Under the pieces are notes generated by a model. It worked only from the letters and a program-made list of their open reading frames with translations. It was not told the origin of the DNA and searched no databases. This document shows positions 17,557 through 20,000 of a stretch of DNA of 20,000 nt, in pieces; within the stretch, counting starts at the first letter, position 1; the number at the start of each line of letters is the position of its first letter. The DNA comes from an uncultured virus (IMG/VR IMGVR_UViG_3300001255_000001). Lineage: Duplodnaviria > Heunggongvirae > Uroviricota > Caudoviricetes. The DNA lies in IMG/VR virus record IMGVR_UViG_3300001255_000001, positions 52,297 through 72,296 of that record; one strand, 5' to 3'. The position numbers and the translations under genes are program-made.

Positions 17557-17837
17557 TTAATGCCGCCGCATACTTCAAGGATACGATTAATTGTTGGTAC
17601 ATCTAATACGTCCTCGAATGCGTCTCTATCTGCAACTAATTCTGGAAGCTGCTTTTCTAGTGCTACTGCACAAGCATCAATAAGAATTGTTAAAGTTTCA
17701 TCTTCTGTAGTTACTTCTGCTGTCTTACTAATAGCAGCCATAAACTTTCTAAGCTCTTTAATTGTTAAAGGCTTTAGCTTTACGTTTGCCCCGTTTTGTA
17801 GCTGAATTTCTTCTACATCATATACTGTTGTTGCCAA
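17505..17837 (-). CDS. Tail assembly chaperone (lambda gpG-like position)
   Basis: 110-aa acidic ORF between the major tail gene and the TMP. TTG start with AGGAGG upstream; motifs 'LKPLTIKELRKFM' and 'LDVPTINRILEVCGGIKMDDPN'. Confidence 0.85.
   Translation of the reverse strand: MATTVYDVEEIQLQNGANVKLKPLTIKELRKFMAAISKTAEVTTEDETLTILIDACAVALEKQLPELVADRDAFEDVLDVPTINRILEVCGGIKMDDPNLLAAAVLAGQN
17538..17544 (-). other. -1 programmed ribosomal frameshift slippery heptamer A AAT TTG
   Basis: Fits the X XXY YYZ pattern in the G reading frame (CCA AAT TTG). It lies inside the ~50-nt stretch (17508-17556) where both the G and -1 frames are open. Confidence 0.7.
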
Positions 17838-17867
17838 TTTAAATCCTCCTAGGATCTCGTCTTAATT

Positions 17868-17896
17868 ATTGTATCATATCAGAAATACCAATACAA
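17868..17896 (-). promoter_or_regulatory. SigA/sigma70-type promoter for the chaperone-TMP genes
   Basis: TTGTAT (17896-17891), a 17-nt spacer, then TACAAT (17873-17868), with an extended -10 TG. It sits just downstream of the terminator. Confidence 0.6.
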
Positions 17897-17929
17897 TAGC
17901 AAAACCCCCTAATTTCTTAGGGGGTTTTG
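17896..17929 (-). terminator. Intrinsic terminator after the major tail gene (symmetric, potentially bidirectional)
   Basis: Perfect 13-bp inverted repeat CAAAACCCCCTAA-tttc-TTAGGGGGTTTTG at 17900-17929, with T runs following the GC stem on both strands. It lies 17 nt after the stop codon. Confidence 0.85.
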
Positions 17930-17946
17930 TAATTAATTATTATTAA

Positions 17947-18711
17947 TTATACTGCTAGAACGCGGTCTACGATGAAACCATATTCTTGGCCGACCTTTGC
18001 GCCGTCTGGTAGCAAACGGAATGTAACTGGGAATGTTGATGCTGCGTTACGAGCCAAAGAGAACTGTGACTGTTGTACAGAAAGAACACGACGTGCATAG
18101 TATACACGCTCAGTTAGAGTTGCTTCAGATGTTGGTGCCTGACCTACTGCAATAAGTTGACGCTCTGTTGGCTGCTCACCAAGAGCTCCACCTGCAAGTC
18201 CAAGCTTGTCCTCTGCTGCTAAACCAGTAGCAACAGTCTGTCCTGTCATCTTAGGTACTAATGTGCTTGAACGCTGACCGAATACTGCTAGAACGTTCTC
18301 AAGAGTACCTTCTGCCATTTCTGTTGCGATCATAACTTCCATTGACTCCTTGAAAAGCTTTGCTGTATCAAGAAGCTGATCTACTGTTACTGAACCGTAT
18401 GATGGGTTGTATGTAACCTGAAGACCGTTATTTGTAAAACCTACGTTGCGATAAAATGCACCCTTGTCATCAAGAGCTGGTGCTGTTGCGCCAGTTGCTG
18501 ATGTTGCTACATCTACTGCATTCAAAGAATCAATGTATGATGTTGCTGACTTAAATGCTGGTACTGTCTTGTTCTTGTTTGCTGCAAAAGCATTAAGAAC
18601 TCCTGCTTCAGCATTTGGGACGTAATCTGAATCGGTAACATCTGTCACTGAAAGAAACAGTGGTGATGCACCAACAAGTATGTTTTTTGCATTACCTGTA
18701 ATTTGTGCCAT
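17947..18711 (-). CDS. Major tail (tube) protein
   Basis: 254 aa with GGAGG upstream and its own promoter and terminator. Motifs 'NILVGA..LF', 'VGFTNNGLQVTY.P.Y..VTVDQLLD..KLFK..M...IAT..AE.TLEN' and 'FPVTFRLLP' are typical of siphovirus tube proteins. It is followed by the chaperones and TMP. Confidence 0.88.
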   Translation of the reverse strand: MAQITGNAKNILVGASPLFLSVTDVTDSDYVPNAEAGVLNAFAANKNKTVPAFKSATSYIDSLNAVDVATSATGATAPALDDKGAFYRNVGFTNNGLQVTYNPSYGSVTVDQLLDTAKLFKESMEVMIATEMAEGTLENVLAVFGQRSSTLVPKMTGQTVATGLAAEDKLGLAGGALGEQPTERQLIAVGQAPTSEATLTERVYYARRVLSVQQSQFSLARNAASTFPVTFRLLPDGAKVGQEYGFIVDRVLAV

Positions 18712-18801
18712 GTTGTAAAACCTCCATTAAATAAATATATATATATTGACTTGCTGTATAACTTTAAATTAAGCTGGCTAGGCTCTTTTCCTCTTGGTAT
18801 A

Positions 18802-18830
18802 ATTTTATCTTACAATCAACTAAAAGGCAA
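18802..18830 (-). promoter_or_regulatory. SigA/sigma70-type promoter for the major tail gene
   Basis: TTGCCT (18830-18825), a 17-nt spacer, then TAAAAT (18807-18802), in the 120-nt intergenic gap. Confidence 0.6.
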
Positions 18831-18831
18831 A

Positions 18832-19338
18832 CTAGTCAAATCTACCCTTTGGGCCAACTGTCCTAGAGTATTTGACCTCTATAATAACATCTGCCGCCAA
18901 GAAGCCTGCTAGCTCTGTAGATGGCTCTGTTGGGGACATCTCTAGTATAAGGGTGTTGTGGAATATGATCTTGTCTGTTGATCTTGATTTATTTAGGTCT
19001 CTGGCTGAATCGTCCATTCTTCTAAAAACATCCATCATCATGTTTCTGATTATATTGATTTCGGCAAAGTCCACTGAGTATATTGTAAAGGATATCTTCT
19101 CACAGCATATAAGCCAATTTTCTTCATAGGTGCTTCCAATCTTGTCATAAACAATATGGGTCTTGCCGCTTAAGAATTGATTCATTTCTGGAGCCTGCTG
19201 AACTGGAATAATTGGAATTATAGATTCGCCAAGATTATCGCTATAGTAAGCATTTTGATCAATTATGTTATTTGACAAAAGCTCTTGCCAAAGATGTTTT
19301 CTTATCTCGTACATGGCGTCTATTCCATAATTAGTCAT
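18832..19338 (-). CDS. Tail terminator/tail completion-like protein
   Basis: 168-aa acidic ORF immediately before the major tail gene, with TAATG coupling. Pattern 'IIPIIPVQQ.PE....HIVYD....E.ISFTIYS'. The function is assigned from synteny. Confidence 0.6.
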   Translation of the reverse strand: MTNYGIDAMYEIRKHLWQELLSNNIIDQNAYYSDNLGESIIPIIPVQQAPEMNQFLSGKTHIVYDKIGSTYEENWLICCEKISFTIYSVDFAEINIIRNMMMDVFRRMDDSARDLNKSRSTDKIIFHNTLILEMSPTEPSTELAGFLAADVIIEVKYSRTVGPKGRFD

Positions 19339-20000
19339 TAAAATACTCCTCCGAATTTTTCTGTTAGTGCCGCCTCGGCCTGTAGTCTAATTGTACCTGG
19401 ACTAAAGGAATAACGCACCTTGGCAATAGATGAAGGAACTTTCATCGCTCTTTCAAATTTAGCTCCGAATAGGTTCTGAAATCCAGACATCTTTATTGAG
19501 TTGCTAACCATTGGTCCGCTAAAATATCTACTATATGTTAAATCGAATTGATTTGTTGATGCTCTGCCTCCAGGGCTCTTTACTGTAACTGACTTACCCT
19601 TTGGCATAAAAACCTTTTCTCCATCAATTTCAAAAACTAATCTCTCAGCAGATTTTGGTCTAATTACAACTGGCATTCCTTTTTCCATAACAGCTGCTTT
19701 TCTTTCAAAAACATATCTACTTGTCTGCTCTCTATTTTTAGATGGGACCGAAGATTTTGAAATCTTAAACTCATAGTTAATTCTAAATGATAGCCCAACT
19801 CCGTCTAGCTGGTTTAATTTAAAAAGACGAGCAGTTGCTTGTCCTGTCTTATTCCACTCATATACATGATGTAATGACTTTGGCTTTGTTCTGGCTTGCG
19901 AATCAATAAACAAACCAAAATCTTTTTCTATCTGATTAAATATTGTTGTCTTAAATAGTCTTTGAAATGCCTTATTGGATTCTAGTCTGGCTGCAACATT
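19338..20000 (-). CDS. Basic neck/head-tail joining region protein (5'-truncated)
   Basis: The frame is open to the window edge (NVAARLESNKAFQRLFKTTIFNQIEKDFGLFIDSQAR...), so the track's start at 19913 is internal. Contains 'SLHHVYEW' and 'VIRPK...RLVFEIDG..VF'. Confidence 0.6.
   Translation of the reverse strand, partial: NVAARLESNKAFQRLFKTTIFNQIEKDFGLFIDSQARTKPKSLHHVYEWNKTGQATARLFKLNQLDGVGLSFRINYEFKISKSSVPSKNREQTSRYVFERKAAVMEKGMPVVIRPKSAERLVFEIDGEKVFMPKGKSVTVKSPGGRASTNQFDLTYSRYFSGPMVSNSIKMSGFQNLFGAKFERAMKVPSSIAKVRYSFSPGTIRLQAEAALTEKFGGVF

Noticed and set aside
17930..17950. AATTAATT palindromic run after the major tail stop
   Set aside because: Low-complexity AT sequence with no evidence that it is an operator.
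18732..18762. (AT)n run and plus-strand TTGACT...TATAAC as a promoter
   Set aside because: The spacer is only 5 nt, and the AT run is a short low-complexity stretch before the RBS.
1044..19129. Numerous plus-strand ORFs of 60-166 aa (e.g. 10613-11113, 9287-9637)
   Set aside because: They are antisense to real genes, mirror their codon bias, and show no recognisable protein features.
1..20000. CRISPR arrays, tRNA/rRNA genes, IS elements, DGR repeats, stop-codon recoding
   Set aside because: I saw no spaced direct repeats, RNA gene signatures or transposase ORFs. Genes are intact in the standard code and end in TAA, TAG or TGA.

Overview
This window is the tail-morphogenesis module of a low-GC, long-tailed (siphovirus-like) dsDNA phage, with every real gene on the minus strand. 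Reading right to left, the genes are: a partial neck/head-tail protein, a tail-terminator-like protein, the major tail protein, a tail assembly chaperone pair (G/GT-type, -1 frameshift), a 3692-aa tape measure protein (TMP), a Dit-position protein, a ~1110-aa hub/Tal-position protein, two minor tail proteins, and a fibronectin type III tail-tip protein that runs off the left edge and is absent from the ORF track. The standout is the TMP. Beyond the usual tape-measure, membrane and coiled-coil segments, it is punctuated by about 11 recurring 'xxGGx[IV]' motifs that bracket unrelated globular inserts. One insert looks like a HipA/PI3K-type atypical kinase and another like an ART-PolyVal-type ADP-ribosyltransferase. 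This suggests a polyvalent TMP that delivers effector enzymes into the host during injection; the calls come from motif reading, and no database search was run. SigA-type promoters and a probable leaderless gene hint at an actinobacterial host (inference). The plus-strand ORFs are antisense shadows.
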